A stretch of 64,000 nt of DNA, from the IMG/VR virus record IMGVR_UViG_3300031418_000001; one strand, 5' to 3'. Shown in pieces: positions 1-9,836 of this stretch. The notes beneath the pieces were generated by a model that saw nothing but the letters and a program-made list of their open reading frames with translations, had not been told where the DNA came from and searched no databases. Each line of letters opens with the position of its first letter. The stretch's first letter is position 1. A program made the translations under genes and the position numbers. The stretch is from a virus. Taxonomy: Duplodnaviria > Heunggongvirae > Uroviricota > Caudoviricetes.

Positions 1-2
1 AT

Positions 3-1001
3 CTTCGTGGTATTCCAGTACCTGTTAAGCGTTATAGTGATGATGCAGGAAACATTATTTTCCAACACGAAATGCTGGAAGGTAAATCTTACCGTGAAAG
101 TACTTCAGTTGAATGGGCTGCACCTGCTGCACTGAAACTGCCTGCTGGCTGGAAAGGCGTCATCATGTTTGATGAAATCAACTCAGCTATGCCAATTGTA
201 CAGGCAGCGTCATATCAGTTGATTCTGGATCGTTGCATCGGTGAACTGAAACTACCTGATGGTGCTTTCATTCTGGCAGCGGGCAACCGTGATACCGATG
301 GTGGTGTTACCTTCGCACTGGCTACCCCACTGCGTGACCGTATGACCCACGTTACCATGAAAGCTGACCTGGAAGACTGGATTAATAACTTCGCAGTTAA
401 GAATCGTGTCCATCCACGTGTAGTAGGTTACTTGAAGTCTGCTGATAGCCACTTCAACACCCTGAACCCACAAGACCCGAGTCATGCTGGTGGTACTTCA
501 CCTCGCTCATGGGTACGTGTTTCAGATTTTGAGTACTATCGTGACCAGAATCCAAATACACCACGTGAAATCCTGAAAGCTATGATTTCTGGTCGTATCA
601 GTGATTCAATCGGTGCTACTTACATGGCGTATACCGAAAACGTTGCAGACCTACCAGCAACAATGGACATTCTGAACGGTAAAGTTAAAACTCTGGACGG
701 TAAGAAACTGGATATTTCTCAGAACTACTTTATCTCTCTGAATCTGGTTTATAAAATTATTGACCTGAACGAAAGCAAGAACAACAAAGAACTGTCAATG
801 AAAGACTGGAGTACTCTGTGTGGTAACTTCCTGGAGTTCATTGATAAGAACTTCGGTGATAAGAATAGCAAAGAACTTGTTATCCTGTCAATTCGTACAC
901 TGACCGAAAACAAATGTATGATTCGTGCTAAAGAAGTTGCTCGTTACGAAACTTTCGTAGACAAATATTCTGACTTGGTAATCAAGTCACGTAATATCTA
1001 A
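3..1001 (+). CDS. MoxR/RavA-like AAA+ ATPase, 5'-truncated by the window edge
   Basis: The frame is open from base 3 (LRGIPVP, end of the DLRGIP motif), so ATG72 is internal. Walker B MFDEINSA, sensor AAGNR and arginine finger PLRDRM are present. Walker A lies upstream of the window. Confidence 0.85.
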   Translation, partial: LRGIPVPVKRYSDDAGNIIFQHEMLEGKSYRESTSVEWAAPAALKLPAGWKGVIMFDEINSAMPIVQAASYQLILDRCIGELKLPDGAFILAAGNRDTDGGVTFALATPLRDRMTHVTMKADLEDWINNFAVKNRVHPRVVGYLKSADSHFNTLNPQDPSHAGGTSPRSWVRVSDFEYYRDQNPNTPREILKAMISGRISDSIGATYMAYTENVADLPATMDILNGKVKTLDGKKLDISQNYFISLNLVYKIIDLNESKNNKELSMKDWSTLCGNFLEFIDKNFGDKNSKELVILSIRTLTENKCMIRAKEVARYETFVDKYSDLVIKSRNI

Positions 1002-1020
1002 GTAGCAATAAATTAATAAC

Positions 1021-1050
1021 TGAGGACTACAACACTATATGTAGTCCTCA
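1021..1050. other. Perfect intergenic hairpin (10-bp stem, 10-nt loop)
   Basis: TGAGGACTAC-aacactatat-GTAGTCCTCA lies between the AAA stop and the VWA gene RBS. Confidence 0.85.
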
Positions 1051-1068
1051 TCTTTAATGGAGAGATTA

Positions 1069-2427
1069 ATGAGTAAATTACTTCCAACACGTGAAGAAAG
1101 TGAAAAGTGTCTTGACCGTTTGATGGTTGCTCGTACTGCTTTAGTACTTCGTTTTCCATTCTTTGGTATTCTCGCTTGTAAGTTAATTCCGGTTGAACAG
1201 AATACATGGTGCCAGACCCTTGCAGTTGATGGTCGCCATCTGTATTATAACGTCAAGTTCATCATGGGTGTAACTGATCCAGAAGAACGCAAAGAGAAAG
1301 AAGAACTTATTCTCAAAAAACTACCAGATACTTCACCTGAACAGATGAAACAGTATCTTGATGGTTTAACAGATAAGAACCTTCTGGCAGCTATTTGCCA
1401 CGAAATTCTTCACTGTGCTTATAACCACTTCCTGCGTCGTGGCTCCCGTGATCCTCAGTTGTTTAACAAAGCTGCTGACTATGCGATTAACCAGATGTTA
1501 GTACGTGACAGTATCGGTGAGATTCAATCATCATGGCTATACGATGCTCGTTTTGATGGTATGAATGCTGAAGAGATTTATAATATTCTTCAACAGGAAC
1601 AACAAGACGATCCAAACGGTGGCGGCGGTGCAGGTGATACATTCGACCAGCATGGCGGGGCAGATGATTCAAGTTCTGGTCAAAGCCGTGGTAAAGCTGG
1701 TGATGTAATGTCAGGTGGTGACGAAGATGGCCCAGGTACTTCCCAAGAAGATATGGAAAAGTACATGGACGATTTCCAAAGTACCATGATGAATGCAAGT
1801 GGTGCTGGTAGTACTCCAGCAGAAATTGAACGCATGGTTAATAAAATGCGTAACCCACGAATCGACTGGCGTTCTAAGTTACACCGTACCCTTCGTTCTT
1901 GTATCAAAAATGATCTTACTTTCTCGAACCCTAACCGTCGTTCGTGGAGTATGATGGGGTACTTTGGTTCTTCTTATGGTTCACCTATTTTCCCAGGTTT
2001 GAAACCGGATGAAGAAATTGATATTTGTGTAGCTATTGATACATCTGGATCAATTGGCGAATCTATGCTTCGTGATTTCCTTTCAGAAGTATATGGTATC
2101 ACAAAACAATTTACCCAATTTAAGATTCGTTTACTGTGCTTCGATACTTCAGTACATAATCCACAAGATTATGATCCAAGTAACGTACAGAAACTTCTTG
2201 AATATGATATTCGTGGTGGTGGTGGTACTATCTTCGAAGCCGTATGGGAACATATGAAAGAAGAAAACTATAAGCCGCATCAGCTTGTAATGTTTACTGA
2301 CGGAATGCCATGTAATACATGGGGTGATGCTGATTACTGTAAGACTCTTTTCGTAGTACATACCTACGATGTAGATGCTCCTTTTGGTGAGACAGTACAT
2401 TATAACTACGAAGGTAGCGAAGACTAA
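1069..2427 (+). CDS. DUF2201-type putative metallopeptidase + VWA domain protein (MoxR partner)
   Basis: HEILH zincin motif, Gly/Asp-rich linker, MIDAS DTSGS, GGGGT and FTDG. The start was moved from 1057 to 1069, after GGAGA. Confidence 0.85.
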   Translation: MSKLLPTREESEKCLDRLMVARTALVLRFPFFGILACKLIPVEQNTWCQTLAVDGRHLYYNVKFIMGVTDPEERKEKEELILKKLPDTSPEQMKQYLDGLTDKNLLAAICHEILHCAYNHFLRRGSRDPQLFNKAADYAINQMLVRDSIGEIQSSWLYDARFDGMNAEEIYNILQQEQQDDPNGGGGAGDTFDQHGGADDSSSGQSRGKAGDVMSGGDEDGPGTSQEDMEKYMDDFQSTMMNASGAGSTPAEIERMVNKMRNPRIDWRSKLHRTLRSCIKNDLTFSNPNRRSWSMMGYFGSSYGSPIFPGLKPDEEIDICVAIDTSGSIGESMLRDFLSEVYGITKQFTQFKIRLLCFDTSVHNPQDYDPSNVQKLLEYDIRGGGGTIFEAVWEHMKEENYKPHQLVMFTDGMPCNTWGDADYCKTLFVVHTYDVDAPFGETVHYNYEGSED

Positions 2428-2434
2428 ATAGAAA

Positions 2435-2470
2435 CAGCCTACAAGAGAAATTTTGTGGGCTGTAATTTTT
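2435..2470 (+). terminator. Probable intrinsic terminator
   Basis: CAGCCTACAA...TTGTGGGCTG stem followed by a T-tract. Confidence 0.6.
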
Positions 2471-2472
2471 TG

Positions 2473-2501
2473 TGAAACAAAATGGATTTATATCCTATAC
2501 T
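2473..2501 (+). promoter_or_regulatory. Putative early/middle promoter TGAAAC-N17-TATACT
   Basis: One of five matching motifs found in intergenic positions upstream of plus-strand non-structural units. Confidence 0.7.
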
Positions 2502-2549
2502 AATGGTATATGATATATTTGATTTAATTTAAAATACATGGAGTGTATT

Positions 2550-2795
2550 ATGAGTAAAGAAGTTAACGTAGATACTATTGATGATGTTGGTGCAGGTGAT
2601 GAGCAAGTTCAACAAGAACACGCGAATCAAATTTCTATTCAGATTGCCGATATTATGGATGCACTTCAGATTATTGAAGTAGCTATTGAACGCTCTACAT
2701 TCAAAGCCCCTGAACTGGTAAGTGTAATGCCAGTATATCAAAAACTAAAATCATTTGCTGAAGAAGTACAGAAAGCAGAGAAGAAAGGGGAATAA
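2550..2795 (+). CDS. Hypothetical acidic protein
   Basis: ORF with a GGAG RBS before ATG2550. Confidence 0.75.
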   Translation: MSKEVNVDTIDDVGAGDEQVQQEHANQISIQIADIMDALQIIEVAIERSTFKAPELVSVMPVYQKLKSFAEEVQKAEKKGE

Positions 2796-2796
2796 T

Positions 2797-3456
2797 ATGG
2801 CAATCCGTCACATCGGAAGTATCAAAAATACAGGTTCAGACGTTATTGTTGTATATCGCTCACTACCAGATGAAGCAGACAAATGTCTTGTTATTTTCAG
2901 AGATTCAATTCCTGAAGTTTATAGTCATAAAATTCTTACTTTTGTAAACGGCATCGGTCAACGTAGTGTAGATCTATTTGAAGTAATGCATGAAGCTGGT
3001 ATCCTTGAAGGTAACAACATGCTTACTACTCTATATAAGCATGGTATGCTCAAGAAGTATAGTACTTCAGAAGTTGTAATGCGTCCTGGTGGTAGTCAAA
3101 CTATTCGTCTTGATGAACTTAACAGTATCATTGATGATGAACGTAAAATGAGCGATGGAAAAGTTAAAGCATTCAATCCATTTGATATGGGTAGTGCTGA
3201 AGCTCGTGAAGCACTTGAAGATCGTGGTTTGGTTGACCGTCTAATGAAACAACACAAAGAACATCTGAAACAAGCTAACAGTTTCCTTCAACGTGCTATT
3301 GAACTTGATCCTGCTATTAAAGCAGAACATCAACCAGAACCAAAGTCGGATGTTATTTCACTTGAACTACCTGCTGATATTTCACAATCTAAAGCAATTG
3401 AACTTGTGAAGAAAGCAATTAAGGAATTCAACGAAGGTAAGAATGACAACGCGTGA
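2797..3456 (+). CDS. Hypothetical protein
   Basis: ORF track 2755-3456. The likely start is ATG2797, after GGGG. Confidence 0.75.
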   Translation: MAIRHIGSIKNTGSDVIVVYRSLPDEADKCLVIFRDSIPEVYSHKILTFVNGIGQRSVDLFEVMHEAGILEGNNMLTTLYKHGMLKKYSTSEVVMRPGGSQTIRLDELNSIIDDERKMSDGKVKAFNPFDMGSAEAREALEDRGLVDRLMKQHKEHLKQANSFLQRAIELDPAIKAEHQPEPKSDVISLELPADISQSKAIELVKKAIKEFNEGKNDNA

Positions 3457-3742
3457 TGAAATAATCCAGAAGATTATTGAAGAACGTGAGAAACAATTAA
3501 ATGGCCCCAATAGTTCTTGTGACTCTGAAAAGACTAAGAACGATTGGGTTGCTAAAATTGGTTATTACTTATTTGAAACTTCGTCAAGACCTGACAAACA
3601 TGTAACTTTTGAAGAATTTCGTGAATCTCTTATTAAAGCATCAGCAATCATATTGAGTGCATTAGAGAATAGTTATGAACATGACAATAAAGTACATGAA
3701 CTTCTGGAAAAATTAAAAGAGGATAATTCAGATGAGCGTTGA
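3443..3742 (+). CDS. Hypothetical all-alpha protein, possibly MazG-like NTP pyrophosphohydrolase fold
   Basis: The pattern EEREKQ...DW...ESLIKASAIILSALE resembles small phage MazG-like proteins. The catalytic acidic residues are not clearly intact. Confidence 0.4.
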   Translation: MTTRDEIIQKIIEEREKQLNGPNSSCDSEKTKNDWVAKIGYYLFETSSRPDKHVTFEEFRESLIKASAIILSALENSYEHDNKVHELLEKLKEDNSDER

Positions 3743-4352
3743 TTTATTCAATATACTCAATGAAGAATCCAAAAATGCAAAGAACGTATGTTATAGCGGT
3801 GGAGCCGATGGCTCCGACCGCTTTTTTGGTATTTGGGCTACTAAAAACGATCATGAACTTTTGCACTATGGATTTAAAGGACACAAGTATAAAGGACATG
3901 ACCCACAGTATAATGTGATTGTTCCTAAAGAATTACTTGAGTCGGATGAAATAATACAGCTTTTAAATAAAGCAAACCAAGTTTTAAATAGAAAAGTACC
4001 ATCATTCGGATATGTTTATAACCTTCTCGCACGTAATAGATATCAAATAAAAAATACTGAACGTGTTTATTGTATGGTTGAAGAAGTATATAAAAAGACT
4101 GTAGCAGGTGGCACTGGTTGGGCCGTTGAAATGTACAGAACAAGTGCTATTAAACCAGAAATATATGCTTATTCTATTGGTACTGGTAAAGTATTTGAAT
4201 ATGACCATAAACAGGAAAAATTCATTGAAGTACTTTATGTACCTACCCCATATGGAAGATGGACAGGTATTGGAACTCGTGCAGCAACAATGCATGATTT
4301 AAATAAATTTAGCAAAAAATTCAAGGATGAATTATGTCAAACACAACAATAA
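3732..4352 (+). CDS. SLOG-superfamily (DprA/YpsA-like) nucleotide-binding protein
   Basis: SGGADGSD, LARNR and GGTGWAV motifs. Confidence 0.55.
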   Translation: MSVDLFNILNEESKNAKNVCYSGGADGSDRFFGIWATKNDHELLHYGFKGHKYKGHDPQYNVIVPKELLESDEIIQLLNKANQVLNRKVPSFGYVYNLLARNRYQIKNTERVYCMVEEVYKKTVAGGTGWAVEMYRTSAIKPEIYAYSIGTGKVFEYDHKQEKFIEVLYVPTPYGRWTGIGTRAATMHDLNKFSKKFKDELCQTQQ

Positions 4353-4696
4353 ATGCTACACTCTATGGTACTGGTACAGGCACTCCATCTATAGGTTCAG
4401 GTAATATTATTTCTACCCCTTCAGTTTATCAGGTTGCATCTGGTGCACATACCCATACAATTAATCAGGTATTTAATCAACAAATGCATCCATATACTCA
4501 TATTTCTATGGACTATACCCAAAATTTTTATTTTCAGAAAGATGGTATTGAAGTCCTAAAAATAAAAGATAATCAAATAAAATTAAATGAAACCGATAAA
4601 CTTGAAGTCACTGAACTTGTTTCGGTTTTTAAATATATTAAAGAAGATTACCCAAATCTTTACGCAGATTTGATATTGAAAGGCATTATAAAATAA
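4334..4696 (+). CDS. Hypothetical protein
   Basis: ORF in a tightly coupled operon. Confidence 0.65.
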   Translation: MSNTTINATLYGTGTGTPSIGSGNIISTPSVYQVASGAHTHTINQVFNQQMHPYTHISMDYTQNFYFQKDGIEVLKIKDNQIKLNETDKLEVTELVSVFKYIKEDYPNLYADLILKGIIK

Positions 4697-4983
4697 TGAA
4701 TAACGTAGATGAATACAACGAAGTTTATAGCAATGCTTATGATCAAGGTGTGCGTGATAATCAAGAAGAAATGGATAGAGTACTTGAAAATCTTTTGTCT
4801 GACAAAGAAGATGAATATCAAGATGAATTAAAAAGTCAAGCATACGATTATGAAGAGAAAATAGAAAGGTTGTCCGACCATCTACGTAAAAAAGATAGTG
4901 AAATTGAATTTTATTTAACTGAAATATACGAGCTAAGGAAAGCTAATGAAGAACTACAACGAACTATTGGGAAAAATCCTTGA
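4696..4983 (+). CDS. Hypothetical acidic coiled-coil protein
   Basis: ORF coupled by a TAATG overlap, with heptad-like composition. Confidence 0.7.
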   Translation: MNNVDEYNEVYSNAYDQGVRDNQEEMDRVLENLLSDKEDEYQDELKSQAYDYEEKIERLSDHLRKKDSEIEFYLTEIYELRKANEELQRTIGKNP

Positions 4984-5875
4984 ATTTGGAATTGAAAGTA
5001 CTGACCGAACTGGAGTTGGTACTATTGGATTACTTGGTCAGCAATTACGTTATGATCTATCAAAGGGGTTTCCGGCAGTTACCACTAAACGATTAGCATG
5101 GAAGTCTGTACTGTCAGAACTACTCTGGTTTATTGAAGGTTCACATGATGAACGTAGACTATGCGAAATCCTACACGGAACCCGTGATTGGTCTAAACGT
5201 ACTATATGGACTGAGAATTATGAAAATCAGGGAATTGCGTTAGGATATAATAACGGAAATCTTGGCCCTGTATATGGTAAACAATGGCGTGATTGGAAAG
5301 ATACGGTTCTTAGTTCTAACCCAACTGAAATAGAAGATCTTAAATCAAAAGGTTATAAAGTACTTGATAGCACTTTCTTCAGTGGTGTTGTACTTGAACG
5401 AAGTACTGACCAACTATTAGAACTGGTTAATGGTTTAAAGAATAACCCTGATTCTCGTCGTCATATTATGAATGCATGGAATGTTGGTGAACTTGATAAG
5501 ATGGCATTACCACCATGTCACACATTATCACAGTTTTTTGTTAAAGATGGAAAACTAAGTTGTCATTTATATCAACGAAGTGCAGATCTATTCTTGGGTG
5601 TTCCATTTAATATCGCATCTTATTCATTACTGACGCATATGCTTGCACAAGTATGTGGTTTAGGTGTGGGTGAATTTATTTGGACAGGTGGTGATGTTCA
5701 TATCTATAAAAATCACGTAGATGCAGTAAAAGAGCAACTATCGAGAACTGAGAAAGAACTTCCTACATTATGGATGGATACTAATATTACTGATATTGAA
5801 CAGTTTACTATGGATTCCTTTAAACTTGAAGGATATGATCCACATCCGACAATTAAAGCACCAATGGCAGTATAA
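4946..5875 (+). CDS. thyA: Thymidylate synthase
   Basis: DRTGVGT, ELLWF, LGPVYGKQWR, catalytic ALPPCH, YQRSADLFLGVPFNIASY and C-terminal IKAPMAV. Confidence 0.98.
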   Translation: MKNYNELLGKILEFGIESTDRTGVGTIGLLGQQLRYDLSKGFPAVTTKRLAWKSVLSELLWFIEGSHDERRLCEILHGTRDWSKRTIWTENYENQGIALGYNNGNLGPVYGKQWRDWKDTVLSSNPTEIEDLKSKGYKVLDSTFFSGVVLERSTDQLLELVNGLKNNPDSRRHIMNAWNVGELDKMALPPCHTLSQFFVKDGKLSCHLYQRSADLFLGVPFNIASYSLLTHMLAQVCGLGVGEFIWTGGDVHIYKNHVDAVKEQLSRTEKELPTLWMDTNITDIEQFTMDSFKLEGYDPHPTIKAPMAV

Positions 5876-5902
5876 AAAAAGGGAGCATATTGCTCCCTTT
5901 TT
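5874..5902. terminator. Bidirectional intrinsic terminator
   Basis: A7-GGGAGC-atatt-GCTCCC-T5 between convergent genes. Confidence 0.9.
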
Positions 5903-5907
5903 ATTTT

Positions 5908-7779
5908 TTAGAATAAAACAATCAATCTTCCATCGAATCTGTAATCAGAACTTGAAGGGATCTTAATAGTTGCATTTGAAGAGGTAAGATTAACAGTATC
6001 AACTTCAACCTGAGTATAAGAACCATCAGATTCCTTCTGTTGAACTTGAATATCTTTAATATTACTACCAGTAACGACCATTTGGTAATAAGAACCGGAT
6101 AATACCCAATCAGAAGTAACAAAGGTGTTGATTGTTGCACCTGAACTAATTGGTTTCCATGTTCCATCAACCTTCTGTACTACAGTTTTCTGATCCGAAC
6201 TGAAAGCTATCATTCCATCTTCCCCAACTGTATCAGTAGTCGGTGAAAGTACTGGAAGTTTAACTCCATATCTATTAAATTTAGTACGTACTGTACTACC
6301 ATCCAATACAGTAATATCATCAAACGCATTCATTGCAAAATTCAAAGAAGTGCTTACTTTTGAAATTGTTGAATTATTCGTTCCACTGAAAGTTAATCCA
6401 GAACCATTGGCAACAGTAACATTACTATTAAAGGTACTGGTTGCATTGACTGTAAGAGTATCTACAGCAGCATCACCAAGAACTGTACTACCAGTAACAT
6501 TAGTATTGCCATAAAAATTAGTCAAACCTTGTTCAAATGAAACGTTAACTGCATTATTAGATACAAGCTGTGTTTTATTATTGATAGCTACTATACCCAT
6601 ATTGGTATTGGTGTTTGCATTAAAAATAATATTCGGATTTGTAGCTGTTCCAGTATTTGAGGTATAAAAGATTACTTGGGTAGGTAAAATACGAATCTTT
6701 TCTGTTCCACTTGAAGTAAAACCTATTGCACCTGGTGTATTTGGGTGATAGATACCGGTAGTTCCATCAGACCATTTACTCGGATCAATTCCTGGGTTTG
6801 TAAGTGGGTCAAATGAGTTGCTATTAAACGTAATACTCGGGGCTGTAGCAGTACCATACAAAAAGGCAAGGCGTCCATCACCATCTGTACCAGCGTCGTA
6901 CATAGCGTCTCCTGTGCGTCTTAAACCGTACATCAGGAGTGAATCTACTACGTTCTGGACTGTACCAGTAGGTGAATCTGGTAGTACTCGATTGCTTGAA
7001 TACATTTGAGTTCTATCGAAGAGTACTGCACCTGCTAAAATACTTGTTCTTGATTGTCTTTGACGTGTCCATTTCTCACCATCACTAATAATCCAATCAG
7101 TATCAGTTAATGAGGTTTCAGCACTTGGGTTATTACCAGAATCAAATGCACCAATTAAATCAACATCGGTGGAAAGATCTTGTAAACCATAATGTTCATC
7201 ACCAGTTGGAACATTAGCTACTATAATACGACCGAATGCATTTGTAATAGTAGTTCTGGTATTATCATATGGATCAGTACTAAAATAATACTTAACTTCA
7301 ATCCAATTAGCTTCACCGCTTGGGTTTGTTGGAATAAATGTGGCAGGTGAAGTACTTGGGTTATTTGCCTTGAAGTGTGCAACTGCTGATTCGTATATTC
7401 CACGAACTATGTAGTAATTACCACTATTAGCTACTGCTGCTTGTGGTAGGTTATCATATTGTCCTACTGTTCCTGGTGGGTCAATGTCATCTGAAATCGG
7501 AGAGAAAGTGCCAATATATTTCAGACCGCTTGTAACTGAATCAGGAAGTTGTGAAGTTTGTAATCTACCGTTTTCATCTAAATGTGCAAATCTTCTATAA
7601 GCCACAGTACCATCAGTGAATTCTAATGTACCTTCGAAAGCAGCCCAATCATTGTTATATCTAATCATACCTGCACGTTGTACATCAGCAGTTACTTTCG
7701 AAGGTGCTTTAGGTAATTCAAGATACTTATCACTTTCAATCACAACCCCATCTGAACCTTTTATTCTATATGTACTCAT
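5908..7779 (-). CDS. Virion structural / tail-fibre-associated protein
   Basis: Ser/Thr/Gly-rich beta-strand repeats; located in the fibre cluster; late-promoter hexamer upstream. Confidence 0.7.
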   Translation of the reverse strand: MSTYRIKGSDGVVIESDKYLELPKAPSKVTADVQRAGMIRYNNDWAAFEGTLEFTDGTVAYRRFAHLDENGRLQTSQLPDSVTSGLKYIGTFSPISDDIDPPGTVGQYDNLPQAAVANSGNYYIVRGIYESAVAHFKANNPSTSPATFIPTNPSGEANWIEVKYYFSTDPYDNTRTTITNAFGRIIVANVPTGDEHYGLQDLSTDVDLIGAFDSGNNPSAETSLTDTDWIISDGEKWTRQRQSRTSILAGAVLFDRTQMYSSNRVLPDSPTGTVQNVVDSLLMYGLRRTGDAMYDAGTDGDGRLAFLYGTATAPSITFNSNSFDPLTNPGIDPSKWSDGTTGIYHPNTPGAIGFTSSGTEKIRILPTQVIFYTSNTGTATNPNIIFNANTNTNMGIVAINNKTQLVSNNAVNVSFEQGLTNFYGNTNVTGSTVLGDAAVDTLTVNATSTFNSNVTVANGSGLTFSGTNNSTISKVSTSLNFAMNAFDDITVLDGSTVRTKFNRYGVKLPVLSPTTDTVGEDGMIAFSSDQKTVVQKVDGTWKPISSGATINTFVTSDWVLSGSYYQMVVTGSNIKDIQVQQKESDGSYTQVEVDTVNLTSSNATIKIPSSSDYRFDGRLIVLF

Positions 7780-7833
7780 TTAAAAATCCTCAGAATGTGT
7801 TTATATTACTTATTTATTTGTAGTACCCAAAAT

Positions 7834-7895
7834 AAAAGCCGTCTATGACGGCTTTTGTACTTTTAAAAAGAAAGGCCAATCGTTAAATTGGCCTT
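7834..7895. terminator. Two tandem hairpins downstream of the depolymerase gene
   Basis: AAAAGCCGTC-tat-GACGGCTTTT and AAGGCCAAT-cgttaa-ATTGGCCTT. Confidence 0.75.
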
Positions 7896-7901
7896 ATAGT
7901 T

Positions 7902-9836
7902 TTATTTAGTTAGTGTAATCTTATAAAGAGTTCCATTAACATAAATCGGTAATTCATTATTTGTAATCTGTACGGTACTTAATCCAATATAACCATCTGA
8001 ACCAATTACAATACCATTTTTACCAGCACCGAGACATAATTGTGCTGGAGCCTGGATTAAACCAGTAAGAGCATTAAAATCAGTATCAGTTATTGCTGTA
8101 CCAGCAGGCATCCAACGGAAACAAATACCTGCGTTGTAACGGTCTTTTGCAGAAGTTTCAACAATAGATACACAGTTCATAGTCCAAGGTGCAAGTTTAA
8201 CATATACTGCACAGTTAGTTGTACTATCACCTTTAAAGTACATTACATCCTGAACTGCTGATGCACCTACAGTTTCCCATGTAAGTTGTACGCCGGATTT
8301 TTTCTTCTGTGCACGGATAATTGCTTCACCACCACCATAACCAGTACCACCAACTTTATGTTCAATACCAACTGAGTTAAAGCCTGAAGTACCAATAATT
8401 CTAAGATTAACAGTATCACCATCAGCAGGAACAAACAGATCACCTACTTTAACCCAGCCTGAATTAGCCTGAATATTAAAGAAACGATTCTCTGAGGTTA
8501 GATAACCATAGTTCATTGAACCAGTTGTCTTAATTCCGTGGTTCTCAATTTCAGTATTACCATCTTCCCAAACAGACAACCAAGTACTTTTAGTACTATC
8601 GTTAGTGATAATATTAGATTTACCTTGGAAGTTACGTTGAGTCATAATATAACGACAGAAGGTTAGGTTTAGTGGAGTATCACAATCTTCCATACTAAAT
8701 GCTTCAATAACCCATTGACCATTAGATAGATCGCCAGGTGTAGTACTGTGTTCAATCCAACCATTTCTGATAATAGATTGAGTACAACGTTGAAGATCAA
8801 AAATAGGAGTAGTACCAATACAACCTTGAATATTGAAGTTAGTAAGTTCAACTGCTGTTGAATGGTTCCAACCACGATAATCAGAATCAGACCATGTTGC
8901 GTGAATAACGCCACCATGACATTTAGAAGCATAGAATTGGTCAATTTTAGTATCTAAAGTATCTACTAAAGAAATACAAACACCACCCATGTTACTGAAA
9001 CGAAGATTAGATGCACGTACATATTCACCTTCAATCTCAATATTCTGGAAGAATCCTTTAGTATTAAGTTTATTACCATATTCTTTAAGATCGTTTTCAC
9101 AATTCACAAAGAAGTTACCGAATTCAGACCAACGGGCTTTGACTTTAACCATCATACCAGTACCTTGATCTGAAACTAAAGTTGTTGCAGGAAAATATCC
9201 ATAAGATACCATTGCACCAACCATTCTAAAAGTGGACACAGAAGAACCTGAAATATCTAAACCATTTAGTTTAAATGTACCAGCAGGGAACTGAATACCA
9301 ATTTTAGGATTATATTTTTTAGACCAGTTATGCATTGCAAGACATGCACTTGTGCAATCGGTCTTACCATCTGGAATAGCACCAAAATGCGTTACGTTAA
9401 TATCGTTTTGGTTTTCAATTATTTTCTTCCATCGTGCACCTTTAGGAGTTACAATAACAGTGGCGTTATCTGATGCAGTAGATCTATCAGCACTATCGTA
9501 ATAGAAATCACCACTACCAACATAAGTTCCTTTGGTATATGACATTACGTGTACTACTTTGATAGAAGAGGTAGGTTCGAATGCTTTTAGGTCAGCAATT
9601 GAATCTAAGGTGAAGGAAGCTGCTTGAGCCGAGGTTGCCATTGATACTGCTGTATCAACACTTGATTTGATTGATGAAAGGTCGGTTGCTGATACGCTAT
9701 CAGCCTTTGGAACATAATAACCATCATCTTTTTTAACAAGAACATTATCTTTCGTTGAGCTTAATTGAATATCAGGAATTATACCGCTTAGAGTCAAATT
9801 ACCGGATACTTCAAAATTACTTTTTAAATCGGCCAT
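7902..9836 (-). CDS. Tailspike / polysaccharide depolymerase (parallel beta-helix)
   Basis: N-terminal YYDSADRSTASDNATVIV...RWKK module, then INVTHFGAIPDGKTDCTSA...IQFPAGTF, typical of the entry into pectate-lyase-like tailspike beta-helices. Confidence 0.8.
   Translation of the reverse strand: MADLKSNFEVSGNLTLSGIIPDIQLSSTKDNVLVKKDDGYYVPKADSVSATDLSSIKSSVDTAVSMATSAQAASFTLDSIADLKAFEPTSSIKVVHVMSYTKGTYVGSGDFYYDSADRSTASDNATVIVTPKGARWKKIIENQNDINVTHFGAIPDGKTDCTSACLAMHNWSKKYNPKIGIQFPAGTFKLNGLDISGSSVSTFRMVGAMVSYGYFPATTLVSDQGTGMMVKVKARWSEFGNFFVNCENDLKEYGNKLNTKGFFQNIEIEGEYVRASNLRFSNMGGVCISLVDTLDTKIDQFYASKCHGGVIHATWSDSDYRGWNHSTAVELTNFNIQGCIGTTPIFDLQRCTQSIIRNGWIEHSTTPGDLSNGQWVIEAFSMEDCDTPLNLTFCRYIMTQRNFQGKSNIITNDSTKSTWLSVWEDGNTEIENHGIKTTGSMNYGYLTSENRFFNIQANSGWVKVGDLFVPADGDTVNLRIIGTSGFNSVGIEHKVGGTGYGGGEAIIRAQKKKSGVQLTWETVGASAVQDVMYFKGDSTTNCAVYVKLAPWTMNCVSIVETSAKDRYNAGICFRWMPAGTAITDTDFNALTGLIQAPAQLCLGAGKNGIVIGSDGYIGLSTVQITNNELPIYVNGTLYKITLTK

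Noticed and set aside
4946-5875. Possible intron or intein in thymidylate synthase (as in T4 td)
   Set aside because: The ORF is continuous. The ~35-aa insertion after WRDW is too short and lacks intein or group I motifs.
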